A DNA stretch of 64,000 nt from an uncultured Gemmatimonadales bacterium (GCA_963771275.1 CAVYSW010000003.1:1408001-1472000), one strand, 5' to 3'. Shown: positions 38,923 to 48,760, counted from the stretch's first letter. Notes: generated by a model not told the origin, from the letters alone. Program-made: numbers and translations.

Positions 38923-39089
38923 CTACCGGTACTCGCCCCCACAGCGCCTCCAGGAACTCGGCGCAGGGAAGCACCTGAATCCCGTCAACCACGTCCGGCG
39001 AATGAGCGTCGTCTTACCGGTCTGCCTCGGCCCGAAGCGGAAGTGCGACTTCCGCGCAAGCAGGGCGGTCAGGTCGAGGGCGCCCTCGA
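38923..39089 (-). pseudogene. Ends-only remnant of the AAA/DUF4143 ATPase
   Basis: N-terminal part (ALDLTALLARKSHFRFGPRQTGKTT) joined to C-terminal part (VVDGIQVLPCAEFLEALWG); about 960 bp missing relative to 46274-47423. Confidence 0.88.
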
Positions 39090-39703
39090 CGGGCCGCCCA
39101 CTGCACCGCGCCCTCCGCGAGATGCCCGCGCGGTTCCGGCAGTATCTCGTCGGCGTCGGCGTCTTCGGCGCGGGCGACTACGCACACACGATGCTGATCC
39201 TCGCGGCCACGCAGCTCTTGACCCCGGGATGGGGGGCGCTCAAGGCCGCGGCCGCCGGCGGGGCCCTGTACGTCGCGCACAACGTGGTGTACGCGGCCGC
39301 CGCGTATCCCGCCGGCGCGCTGGCCGACCGCTACGGTCACCGGCGCATCCTGGCGTGGGGCTACACGGTCTCCGTCACGGTGCCGCTCCTCTTGATCGCC
39401 GGCTTCGGTACCCGGCTGGCGACCCTCACCTTCCTCATCCCCGCGTTCGTGCTGGCCGGACTGGTGAACGGCGTGCAGGACACCTTGGAGCACTCGGCCA
39501 CCGCGGGCCTCGTGCCCCAGCATGACCGCGGGCTCGGCTTCGGCGCGCTCGGGGCGGTGAACGGGGTGGGCGACCTCGCGTCGAGCGTCGTGGTCGGTCT
39601 GCTCTGGACGATCCACCCGGCATTCGGGTTCGGCTATGCGGCGGTGTGCATGGCGGCCGGCGCCGCGGTCATGCACGCGGGCGCGGCGCGGGAGAGTCCG
39701 TGA
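39090..39703 (+). pseudogene. 5'-truncated MFS transporter (C-terminal half)
   Basis: AYPAGALADRYGHRR and RGLGFGALGAVNGVGDLASS motifs; only about 6 TM segments; abuts the ATPase remnant. Confidence 0.75.
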
Positions 39704-40416
39704 TGCGCACGCTGGTTATCTCCGACGTGCACGGCAACCTGGCGGCTCTCCAAGCTGTGTTGGCCGATCCGCACGACGCCGTGATCTGCCTGGGGGACGT
39801 GGTGGGCTACGGCCCGGAACCCGCTGCCTGCGTACGGCTGATCCGGGAGGAGGCGCGCGTGGTTGTTCAAGGCAACCACGACCGGGCGAACGCGGACGGC
39901 GCGCCGCCCCGCTGCCGCCGGGAGTTCGAGTGGCTGGCCGAGGCCGTCGTGCCACTGACGCGGTCGCAGCTCACCGCGGACGACGTGGCGTACCTGAGCG
40001 GGCTGCCCCGCTGGGCCGAAACCGACGTGGGTGGGCTCCGCGTTCTCTGCGTCCACGCGACGCCGATCGATCCCTTGTACCGGTACCTCGGCCCCGACCC
40101 TGCGGCGTGGGAAGCCGAGACGGCCGGCGCCTTCCCGTCACTCATGTTCGTCGGGCACACCCACCTGCAGTTCGATCTCGCGGCCGGCCGTACCCGCATC
40201 GTGAACCCCGGCAGCGTCGGCCAGCCGAAAGACGACGACCCCCGCGCCGCGTACGCACTGATCGAGGAGGACGCGCTCACCCTGAAACGGGTGACCTATC
40301 CGGTAGAGCGAACGGTTGCCGGCCTGGAACGGGGCGGGATCAGGCCCGACGCGGTCGCAGACTTGAGCAGCCTGCTCAGGACCGGGCGCACACCGCCCGC
40401 CCGCCGCGAGCGCTGA
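39703..40416 (+). CDS. Metallophosphoesterase (calcineurin-like, YfcE type)
   Basis: SDVHGN, LGDVVGYG, GNHD, GHTH, NPGSVGQP. Confidence 0.93.
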   Translation: MRTLVISDVHGNLAALQAVLADPHDAVICLGDVVGYGPEPAACVRLIREEARVVVQGNHDRANADGAPPRCRREFEWLAEAVVPLTRSQLTADDVAYLSGLPRWAETDVGGLRVLCVHATPIDPLYRYLGPDPAAWEAETAGAFPSLMFVGHTHLQFDLAAGRTRIVNPGSVGQPKDDDPRAAYALIEEDALTLKRVTYPVERTVAGLERGGIRPDAVADLSSLLRTGRTPPARRER

Positions 40417-40419
40417 TCC

Positions 40420-40803
40420 TCAGGCATCGGGGGCCGTGTCTTCGGGCCCCGGAGTCACCTCGGCGCGCACGATCGCCGACCGGTTCGCCTTCGCGTCGGC
40501 CAGGACCCGCTCCGCCACCGCACCCCCCATGCGGCCGAGCGCGAGCACGATCTCGCGTTGCAGGTAGGGATCGTCGGTGCCGTGATAGCGGCGCTCGAGC
40601 GCCTCGGCGGCGCCCGGGGGACGGCGGAACCCCAGGAGATACGCCGCCCGCGCGGAGGTCTCGGGCTCCGGGTGAAACAACGCGATGAGCAGCTTGTCGT
40701 CGTACGAGGCGCTCTCGAAAGCGGCGATGTCGAACCCGCACCTCCCGCAGACCGGCTCCTCGGGGGGGCGCGTCGCGCCGCAGCGGGGGCAGACAAACGT
40801 CAC
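40420..40803 (-). CDS. Zinc-ribbon plus HEAT-repeat protein
   Basis: CPRC...CGRC then ALFHPEPE..RAAYLLG and EIVLALGRMG; GTG overlaps the upstream stop. Confidence 0.75.
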   Translation of the reverse strand: MTFVCPRCGATRPPEEPVCGRCGFDIAAFESASYDDKLLIALFHPEPETSARAAYLLGFRRPPGAAEALERRYHGTDDPYLQREIVLALGRMGGAVAERVLADAKANRSAIVRAEVTPGPEDTAPDA

Positions 40804-41210
40804 CACGGCAGGTACCGCCGCCCACGCCGCTTCCCGCCCCGCGCGTCCGGCTTGGGAGGCGCGGTCCAGCCGGTGCGGAGCCATCGCCACCAGGTGTCGA
40901 GGTTGGGGAAGCGCGCCAGGGAGCGCTCGATCTGCGCCCGGATCACCGTCTCGCCAGGATCGTCGCCGGCCGGCTCACTCAGCCGATTGGTCAAGGCCGC
41001 GCGCCACAGCGTGGAACCGGGATGCGGATGCTCGACCGAGCCCGGGGCCCATTCGATCTCCACCATCGCCGGCTCGTCTTCGTCCGCCGCGGGCGAGACC
41101 GCGACGAAGCGCGCGTAGGGCAACAGTGGCACGCGCTCGGCACCGTCGTGACGGCGCAGCAGCTCAAGGCCGAGCGCTTCGGCTTCCGTGTACTGATTGG
41201 TGGACGTCAT
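40800..41210 (-). CDS. Hypothetical protein
   Basis: ATG preceded by aggag RBS; coupled to the downstream gene. Confidence 0.6.
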   Translation of the reverse strand: MTSTNQYTEAEALGLELLRRHDGAERVPLLPYARFVAVSPAADEDEPAMVEIEWAPGSVEHPHPGSTLWRAALTNRLSEPAGDDPGETVIRAQIERSLARFPNLDTWWRWLRTGWTAPPKPDARGGKRRGRRYLPW

Positions 41211-41560
41211 AACAAGACTCCTACCAGGATCGCGTCCTCGTAGGAGTCATCAGCCCGGAGGCGAACGCGGCGAACTCCATCGCCGGCGCCGGTCGGCGCA
41301 CCACAATCGTACACCTGAGCCGGGTTTTGGATCAAGCGCCCCCTGCAAGCAGCGCATGCAGAGCGTGGCGGCTGAGTGGGTGGAGATGGGCAGACGCGGC
41401 GGAAGCAGCAGGGGCGGTAGAAGGGACAGAGAGTGAGGCGGCATGGCGGGGAAGCTCCCGCCGCGCGGTCGTTCGCCCCCAGCCTGACGCTGCGCTCAGA
41501 ACGCGGGATCGCGCGTCGTTTGGATGATGTGCCGCAGGACCGGGTGCGTAGGGTGGGCGC

Positions 41561-41818
41561 GTGCCCGAGATCTCCCGCTTCTTCGGCATCGCGATCGGCA
41601 TGTTCTACCGCGATCACGGCCCGCCGCACTTCCACGCCGCCTACGGTGAGCACCACGTTACTGTGGAGATTGAAAGCGGCGCGGTCCGCGGCGAGTTTCC
41701 GCCGCGGGCGCGGGCTCTCGTACTTGAATGGACCCGGCGTCACCGGGTAGAGTTACTGGAGAACTGGGAGCGGGGGCGGGACAGCCAGCCCCTGCGACGC
41801 ATCCCGCCGCTGGAGTGA
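41561..41818 (+). CDS. DUF4160 protein (putative TA toxin)
   Basis: MPEISRFFGI.I.M.Y.DH.PPHFHA.YG...LLENW. Confidence 0.93.
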   Translation: MPEISRFFGIAIGMFYRDHGPPHFHAAYGEHHVTVEIESGAVRGEFPPRARALVLEWTRRHRVELLENWERGRDSQPLRRIPPLE

Positions 41819-41823
41819 GCGTC

Positions 41824-42069
41824 ATGGACTACGATGTCGTTGAAGCTCGGTATGTCACCGGCCACGTGGTCTGGCTGCGATTTCGGGACGGAACGACGGG
41901 TGAGATAGACCTCTCGGGCGAGCTTCGGGGCCCGGTGTTCGAGCCGCTGCGTGACCCCGGAGTGTTCCGACGGTTCCGACTTGACCCCGAATTCCACACG
42001 CTGGCTTGGCCGAACGGCGCGGATATCGCCCCGGAGCATCTGCACCACGCCGTTCGGGTCGCGGCCTGA
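41824..42069 (+). CDS. DUF2442 protein (putative TA antitoxin)
   Basis: LRFRDG..GEIDL, GPVFEPLRD..F, TLAWPNGADIAPE. Confidence 0.93.
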   Translation: MDYDVVEARYVTGHVVWLRFRDGTTGEIDLSGELRGPVFEPLRDPGVFRRFRLDPEFHTLAWPNGADIAPEHLHHAVRVAA

Positions 42070-42105
42070 GCAGCCGAAGCGGCAGAGAGGGGCAGGGGGA
42101 TTTCA

Positions 42106-42174
42106 GACGACGCGGCGGGGAGGGTCTTCCCGCCGCGTCGTTGTTTGACAACACGGCACTCGCGCGTCGATACT
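42106..42174 (+). promoter_or_regulatory. Terminator hairpin plus OCD copy 2 promoter
   Basis: gacgacgcggcggg/cccgccgcgtcgtt stem; TTGACA-18-GATACT. Confidence 0.65.
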
Positions 42175-42200
42175 GGGCGGTCCCCATTCCCGCGCTTCGC

Positions 42201-43202
42201 ATGAGAGTCCTGATCGTCAGTCAGCCAGAAGTCAACCGCCTGCTCACGATGGCCGAGTGCATCGAGGCCATGGTCGAGGCGCTCACGGCAGTGGCCCGTG
42301 GTGAGGTCGTGCTCCCGCTCCGACAGGTGGTCCCGCTGCCGCACCACTTGGGCGCCCTCGCGTCGATGCCGGCCTACATCGAGTCGCCCAGAGGGATGGC
42401 GGTCAAGGTGATCGCGGTGTTTCCGGGAAATCATGGGACGCAATTCGATTCCCATCAGGGTGCCGTGCTGCTGTTCGAGGGCGAGCATGGCAGCCTCCGC
42501 GCCATTCTGGACGCCAGCGAGGTGACGGCGATCCGCACCGCCGCGGTCTCGGGTGTCGCGACGCGGCTCCTCGCACGACAAGGCGCCGGGGACCTCGCGA
42601 TCCTCGGCTCGGGAGTCCAGGCCCGCACACACCTCGAGGCGATGCTCGCGGTGCGTGGCATGCGCCGCGTACGGGTGTGGAGTCCGACCGCGGAAAAGCG
42701 CGAGCGGTTTGCCGAGCGCGAGGGGCGGCGGCACGGCATCACCGTCGAGGTGGCGTCCACGGCCGAGGGCGCGGTAGTGGGCGCAGATCTGATCTGTACG
42801 ACCACATCGTCGCGCGAGCCCGTGCTCGAGGGCGAGTGGCTCGCGCCCGGGACACACATCAATGCGGTGGGCTCGAGTGTCAGGAGCGCCCGCGAGTTGG
42901 ACACGGCCGCGGTGGTGCGGTCGCGCTTGTTCGTGGACCGGCGGGAATCCGCACTCAACGAAGCGGGCGACTTCCTGACACCTAAGGCCCAGGGTGCGAT
43001 CGGCGACGATCACATCCGGGGCGAGATCGGGGACATCCTCGTCGGCAGGGCGCGCGGCCGGCAATCGGACCAGGAGATCACGTTGTTCAAGTCGCTCGGA
43101 ATCGCAGTGGAGGATCTCGCCGCCGCGCAGCTGGTCTACGCGCGGGCGGTAGAGCAGGGAGTGGGGACGTGGGTCGAGTTGGGAGGAAGCCGAGCGGAGT
43201 AG
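42201..43202 (+). CDS. Ornithine cyclodeaminase / mu-crystallin family, copy 2 (intact)
   Basis: TAIRTAA, GSGVQA, FKSLGIAVEDLAAA. Confidence 0.93.
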   Translation: MRVLIVSQPEVNRLLTMAECIEAMVEALTAVARGEVVLPLRQVVPLPHHLGALASMPAYIESPRGMAVKVIAVFPGNHGTQFDSHQGAVLLFEGEHGSLRAILDASEVTAIRTAAVSGVATRLLARQGAGDLAILGSGVQARTHLEAMLAVRGMRRVRVWSPTAEKRERFAEREGRRHGITVEVASTAEGAVVGADLICTTTSSREPVLEGEWLAPGTHINAVGSSVRSARELDTAAVVRSRLFVDRRESALNEAGDFLTPKAQGAIGDDHIRGEIGDILVGRARGRQSDQEITLFKSLGIAVEDLAAAQLVYARAVEQGVGTWVELGGSRAE

Positions 43203-43247
43203 TCGGGTTTCCCGGTGGACACCCGCTCCAAGCCCCGGCGTGCGGGA

Positions 43248-43390
43248 GTGGCATGAAAACGCGTTCGGCTTCCGTTCGCCTGCTACCGGTAGCGATTGCG
43301 CATCGCACCCCACCCCCCAATCGTAGGTGGTGGTTCCTGCGGTTGAGGGCCGAAGTGTTATGGAAGATCGGCCAAGCTCGCTCGTGCGTG
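43248..43390 (+). promoter_or_regulatory. AraC-module promoter copy 2 with a short 5' stub of the AraC gene
   Basis: Nearly identical to 35082-35160; ttatggaagatcggcc matches ttatggaggatcggcc, then homology stops. Confidence 0.65.
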
Positions 43391-43399
43391 TGCAGGAAC

Positions 43400-44497
43400 T
43401 CACCGTCAGTGAGCCTGGTGGTCTATGGCGGCGACGAGTTCCGATACCACAGTCGTGGCCCAGGTCAGGGACAGCCTGTTTGTAGCGCGGGCGCTGGGGA
43501 CATGCGTGCTGACGGCCGAAGTAGCCGTGGAAGGTGCGACATTCACGGCGACTCTCGAGTTTCAGGTGATCCCGCGCTCAGCGGCCGAATGGCCTGGGTC
43601 CGGCAGAACACGATGACCGGGCCGGTCCGATTGGTGAGTCGCGATCTCGCGACGCGCACCGTCGTGCCCGCCCCGTCGGTTGGCTATCCCACCGTGGGTC
43701 AGGGACCGCCCGCGGTCTCTCCCGACGGCCGGTACGTGGCGATCCAGGCCACGCGGCCCACGAGTGATGCCGCCGACGTGGCCATTCATCTCGTGGATCT
43801 CCTGACGAACGCGACCGTCGCGCTGACGGACTCCATGTTGGGGAACCAGATCGCGCCCCGCTGGACGCGGGATGGAGGGGCCGTGTTGTTCTCCGCCGAC
43901 GCCAGGGGGAGCTGGAACATCTGGTCGGTGCCTCCCAGCGGTGGTGAGCCGCAGCTGCGGGTTCGCCTGGACGCCGGCTCGCCCGTGTTCTTCGACGTAT
44001 CGCGCCCCGATGGGCGGCTCGTCATTGCCCTGGCCACCCCGGAGGGGGGCTACGACCTGTGGGAGGCCAGCCTCGACACCGGTGTCGTTGGCCGTATCAC
44101 GAACACGCCCCAAGAGGGCAAGGCTCCCCCTCGCGTGAGCCCGGACGGCGGCACAATCGGGTATACGGGTTATGTCGATTCCGCAGGCGGCTTCGGGCCG
44201 TTTCTGATGCCCCGAGCAGGGGGGGTGCCTCGCGAGCTTCTGCCCCCAGTCGTGGTCCCAGGGTACGGCTCTGGCCCCGCGAGAGCCCGCCGGGCACCCG
44301 GAGTTGCCGACGGCTGGAGCGTGGACGGCCAATTCGTGCTGGTGTACTGGGCGGTGGATGCCACGGCCATCTCCGTGAACGGGGAGGTCCGGCAGATACT
44401 GTACCCGGGTGACATCTACGCGGTGTCGCTGGACGGGCTGCTGCGGCTGCGCTTGACAACGTGGCAGTGGGGAGATGTCCAGGCCGACGTTCGGTAG
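43400..44497 (+). pseudogene. 5'-truncated Ig-like plus TolB-like (PD40) propeller protein, frameshift near 43572
   Basis: SSDTTVVAQV...ARALGT Ig-like segment, then SPDGRYVA, PRWTRDG, SPDGGTI, WSVDG repeats in another frame. Confidence 0.7.
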
Positions 44498-44532
44498 TCT
44501 GGAGATACGAGGCGCCGGGAGGGAGGTAGGGT

Positions 44533-45018
44533 ATGCGTGCCATGCGGTCGGCGGCGGCTCTGCTGCTTTGCGCCACGGCAAGCCACCTGGCCGTCTGTCA
44601 GACCCGGCCGACGCTGCTAGGAGTCCCGCCCAAGGCGGAGCTCCGTCTACAACTCCTCGGCTCCACCATGGTGGTGGGCCGCTTGGTGGTCCTGGAACCG
44701 GGGCGGATCCGGCTCAATACCATCGTGCGGTCAGGGCTCACCGACTCGCGCTTGGTGGCCCGGAGCGTGGTGCTCGACTCGATTACCGCGATGTGGGTGC
44801 GGTCCGGGACGCGCTGGAAGCTCGGTGCCGGCATCGGCGCGGCGGCCGGTAGCGCCGGGCTGCTCCTCGTTGTTGGGATAGCTGCGGAATCCCAGGACGG
44901 CTCCCGTTGTAGCACCTGGTGCTGGACGTCGGCGGCCGCGGGCGGTGCGTTGGGAGGTGCGTTCCTGGGTGCGTTGGTGGGACACCAGTTCGTCGTCTGG
45001 CGACCGGTGAGCTTCTAG
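44533..45018 (+). CDS. Hypothetical exported protein with Gly-zipper helices
   Basis: RBS ggagg, signal peptide, GAGIGAAAG and GGALGGAFLGALVG. Confidence 0.7.
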   Translation: MRAMRSAAALLLCATASHLAVCQTRPTLLGVPPKAELRLQLLGSTMVVGRLVVLEPGRIRLNTIVRSGLTDSRLVARSVVLDSITAMWVRSGTRWKLGAGIGAAAGSAGLLLVVGIAAESQDGSRCSTWCWTSAAAGGALGGAFLGALVGHQFVVWRPVSF

Positions 45019-45081
45019 CCGCCGTGAGGGGTGGTGTAGAGTGCATCTCGTATTAATCGGCGCAGTGCCCGGCGGCCCGCC

Positions 45082-46229
45082 GTGACGCTACGCCGGCTGC
45101 GGCACTCGGCGGGCCTGATCCTGTGCGGAGTTGGCTTGGCCTGCGGTACGGTGGACGAACCGCGCCCGCACCCGCCGATTGCACTGCTCGACGTCGAGGC
45201 CGGCGCACTCTTGCTCGGAGACGATGGTGTCATCAACAACGCCGCCGACCCCTTGCCGTGGTTCCGGAACACGGTTGTGGCGGTGGGGGACACGGCCCTC
45301 CTGGTTCTAGGGTCCGATCCCCCAGCAGCCGGCCCGCCTCTGTGATGATGCGCCTGCCGTGGGGCGAGGTCACTCGATCGCTGCCCACCGCCGAGCTGCT
45401 CACGGAGTGGATGGGCTGCCCGGTGGCCGCCCGCGATCCTCGGTACGCGGCGATAGCCGGCAGACCCGCGTATGTTGTCCTCGCCGGCATCCCGGTGTGC
45501 GGTACCTGGGGACTGGTGGGCCTCTCGTGGCCCGAGGCCAAGGTCATTGGCGTGCTCCGGAACCTCGAGGCCGACTACTGGGCGGTCGCCGGGTTGCCGG
45601 GGGACAGTGCCTTGGTCGCGGTCGGAGGGCACCGGCCCTCCGATCCCGACGGCGTGGGCCGGCTCTACATCGTCAACGCCGCGACCATGTCGGTGCTCGA
45701 CTCATCACCACCCATCGTGGTGAATCCTGAGCACCGAAATCCCTGGGTAGAGGTTGCCTGGACGACCGACTCGGACCGGGGATATGTGTTGACGGCCGAC
45801 GCGAGGGTGCGGCTCTACCGCCGAAGCACCGGCGCGTTCTCCCCGGTGGCGGCCAATGCGGTTTGGTCGCGCATCCGGTTCGATGCTCGGCGGGACGCCG
45901 TGCTGGTGCTTACCCCGGGTGATCCCTTCAATTGGCCTGGCCGCCCCCTGCTGCAGTGGTTCAGCGATACCGGCGAGGTGTTCCCGCGTGTCACGCTGGC
46001 CGGCATGATGCCGGACGGCTCCGATCCGGTGGTGCGGGACGCCCGCCCCGATGGCGCAGGGGAGCTCTTGGTCCTCACCGGCACCGAATGGCGAGGGCCA
46101 TTGTATCCGATCCAGACGTGCCGGCTCTTCCGGGTCAACGATACGGCGGCGGCGGGCGTGAGCGTGACCCTTCTGGCCGCGACGGAAGCGTATGGCTGCC
46201 GCACGCTGGTGCCGATTCGCGGCCGGTAG
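45082..46229 (+). pseudogene. Hypothetical lipoprotein copy 2 (net +2 frameshift near 45320-45342)
   Basis: Lipobox GLAC; collinear with 37730-38878 through to PIRGR-stop. Confidence 0.8.
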
Positions 46230-46273
46230 GCGCGCGGCGGGAAGATCGTTCCGCGGAATCCGGGCGCCGCCGC

Positions 46274-47423
46274 CTACCGATACTCGTCCCCCCATAGCGC
46301 TTCCAGGAACTCGGCGCAGGGAAGCACCTGAATGCCGTCAACCACCCTGCGGCGCGGCTCGAGACAGGCGCAGACGTACCGCTTGAGCTTCGCCTCCTCG
46401 CTTGAGCGCCCGCAGCGACCTGAGGTCCGCGCCCGAAACCGTGGTGCTGGCCTTCACCTCGACGGCGGTGTGATCGCCGAGGATGAAGTCCACCTCGAAG
46501 CCCGACGTGGAGCGCCAGAAGTGCAGCGCGTCGCCGGACCGGTAGTCGCTCCAGGCCGACAGCTCGTGCATCAGCCAGGTCTCGAAGCCGGGGCCGAACT
46601 CCGGCGTCCCGCGACGCAGGAGCCGCCCCTGAAGCGCGGACACGACCCCGACGTCGAAGAAGTAGTACTTCGACGAGGCCACGGGCTTGCGCCGCGCCGA
46701 CTTCCGCCACGCCGGAAGCTCCCGCACCAGCAGCGTGTCCTTCAGGATCTCGAAGTACTCGTGCACCGTGGTGCGCGGCACCTGCGCGTCGTTGGCCACC
46801 TTCGTGAAGTTCACGATCGTGCCGTTGCACAGCGCGGCGACCCGAAGAAACCGGCCGAACGCCGGCACGTTGCGCGTGGCCCCCTCGGCCACCACCTCCT
46901 GCTGGAGGTAGGTGCCCCCGTAGGCCTCCAGGTCCGCGGCGGGATCATCCGAGAAGTAGATGGAAGGCAGGGTCCCGCGCTCGATCGCACGGGCCAGGTC
47001 GAAATGCTCCCCCAGCTCGGCCCAGGTCAGGGGATGCAGGTACTTCGTTCGGGCGCGACCACCCAGCAGGTTGACGCCGCCGCGGCGGAGCTTCCTCGCG
47101 CTCGAGCCGGTGAGCAGGAAGCGAATGCCGCGCTCCTCGATCAGGCGATGCACCTCGTTGAGCAGCTCGGGGAGACGCTGAATCTCGTCGATCACCACGA
47201 GGCGGGTATCGGGGTCGAGCTCTTCGGCCAGCCGACCGGGGCTTCGGCTCAGCGCCAGGTAGACGGCGCTATCCAGCAAGTCATAGACCTTGGCGCCGGA
47301 CAGGGTCCGGCGAATCAAGGTCGTCTTGCCGGTCTGCCTCGGCCCGAACAGGAAGTGCGACTTCCGTGCGAGCAGGGCGGTCAGGTCGAGGGCGCGCTCG
47401 AGGAACGGTGTCTGTGTCGCCAT
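46274..47423 (-). CDS. AAA_14 ATPase with DUF4143 domain (+1 frameshift near 46402, probably a read error)
   Basis: GPRQTGKT, IDEIQ, LTGSS, KYYFFDVG, EVDFIL..AVEVK; corrected tail ...FLEALWGDEYR-stop. Confidence 0.9.
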
Positions 47424-47425
47424 AG

Positions 47426-47463
47426 TCGTCATTTATCATGATATATGACGATAGAGGCGTCAA
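47426..47463 (-). promoter_or_regulatory. Promoter with overlapping 26-bp palindromic operator
   Basis: tcgtcat-t-tatcatgata-t-atgacga; minus-strand TTGACG-17-CATGAT. Confidence 0.7.
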
Positions 47464-47545
47464 GAGTCGTGGGCGGCGCAGGCCCGGTGATACCTTAAGT
47501 CACACGGCCACCACCCCCGATCACCACGAGGCACACGGACCTCTC

Positions 47546-48700
47546 ATGACCACCAATCGCAGAGACTTCCTGAAGCTCGCCGCCGCCGGCGGCAGCGCCC
47601 TCGGCCTGGGCGTCGTGCCGCGCGTTCGCATGGGCCAGACGCCCGATCTGAACGACGTCCCACCCACCGCAACGCCGCTCAAGATCCTGATCCTGGGCGG
47701 CACCGGGTTCACCGGGCCATTTCAGGTGCGCTACGCCGTGGCGCGCGGCCACACGGTGACCGTATTCAACCGCGGGCGGCGCCAGGCGGATCTCCCCGAC
47801 TCCGTCGAGCACCTGATCGGCGACCGCAACAACGACCTGAAAGCGCTCGAGGGACGCAAGTGGGACGTGGTGATCGACAACCCCACCACGCTCCCCAACT
47901 GGGTGCGCCTCTCCGGCAAGCTGCTCAAGGACGCCTGCCGGCAGTACGTCTTCATCTCGACCATCTCGGTCTACGCGGACACCAGCGCCGTGGGGATGGA
48001 CGAGACCACGCCGGTGCTGGAGTACAAAGACGAGAAGGACCCGTTCACGCTGGAGCTCAACCAGGAGACCATGCGGTTCTACGGCGAGCTCAAGGCGCTC
48101 TCGGAGCGCGAGGCCGCCTACTGGTTCCCCGGCCGCGTCACCATCATCCGGCCCGGGCTCATCGTGGGCCCCGGCGACACGAGCGACCGGTTCACCTACT
48201 GGCCGGTGCGGATCGATCGGGGCGGTGAGGTGCTGGCCCCGAACACGCCCGACGATCCCACGCAGATGATCGACGCGCGCGACTTGGCCGAGTGGACCGT
48301 CCGGATGGTGGAGCAGGGGGACGTGGGCGTGTTCAACGCCACCGGCCCCGAGCGGCCGCGCCCGTTCGGCGAGATGCTGAACGGCATCAAGACCGCGCTC
48401 GGCTCGAGCGCGACCTTCACGTGGGTCGCTCAGGACTTCCTGCGGGAGCAGCGGGTCCGCGGATGGGCCGACCTCCCGGTGTGGGTGCAACAGGGGCCCG
48501 ATACCGCCGGGTTCATGACCGCGAGCGTGGCCGCCGCAGTGGCCAAGGGTCTCACCTACCGGCCCCTCGACGTCACGGCCCGCGACACGCTGGCCTACCA
48601 CAAGTCGCGTCCCCCGGAGCGCCAGGCAAAACTGAGCGCGGGTCTCACGGCCGAGCGGGAAGCGGAAGTGCTCAAGGCCTGGCACGCGGCCGGGCACTAG
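47546..48700 (+). CDS. Tat-exported NAD-dependent epimerase/dehydratase family protein
   Basis: NRRDFLK Tat motif, GGTGFTG, YGELK, RPGLIVGP. Confidence 0.92.
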   Translation: MTTNRRDFLKLAAAGGSALGLGVVPRVRMGQTPDLNDVPPTATPLKILILGGTGFTGPFQVRYAVARGHTVTVFNRGRRQADLPDSVEHLIGDRNNDLKALEGRKWDVVIDNPTTLPNWVRLSGKLLKDACRQYVFISTISVYADTSAVGMDETTPVLEYKDEKDPFTLELNQETMRFYGELKALSEREAAYWFPGRVTIIRPGLIVGPGDTSDRFTYWPVRIDRGGEVLAPNTPDDPTQMIDARDLAEWTVRMVEQGDVGVFNATGPERPRPFGEMLNGIKTALGSSATFTWVAQDFLREQRVRGWADLPVWVQQGPDTAGFMTASVAAAVAKGLTYRPLDVTARDTLAYHKSRPPERQAKLSAGLTAEREAEVLKAWHAAGH

Positions 48701-48718
48701 TCAGAAAACGGTGGCACG

Positions 48719-48760
48719 GCGCTTCCCCCTCCGGCTCCGGGGGGGGGAGGCGCTTCTTTG
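48719..48760 (+). terminator. Intrinsic terminator
   Basis: gcgcttccccctccgg/ccgggggggggaggcgc followed by ttctttg. Confidence 0.65.

Noticed and set aside
38897..39703. 268-aa ORF as a complete gene
   Set aside because: Its N-terminus is the antisense of the ATPase remnant; only the C-terminal MFS half is real.
34033..46229. Paralog pairs as DGR template/variable repeats
   Set aside because: Differences are mostly synonymous and not adenine-specific; no reverse transcriptase is present.
32688..47423. Integron cassette array
   Set aside because: No intI, no RYYYAAC...GTTRRRY attC structure recognised, and genes lie in mixed orientations.
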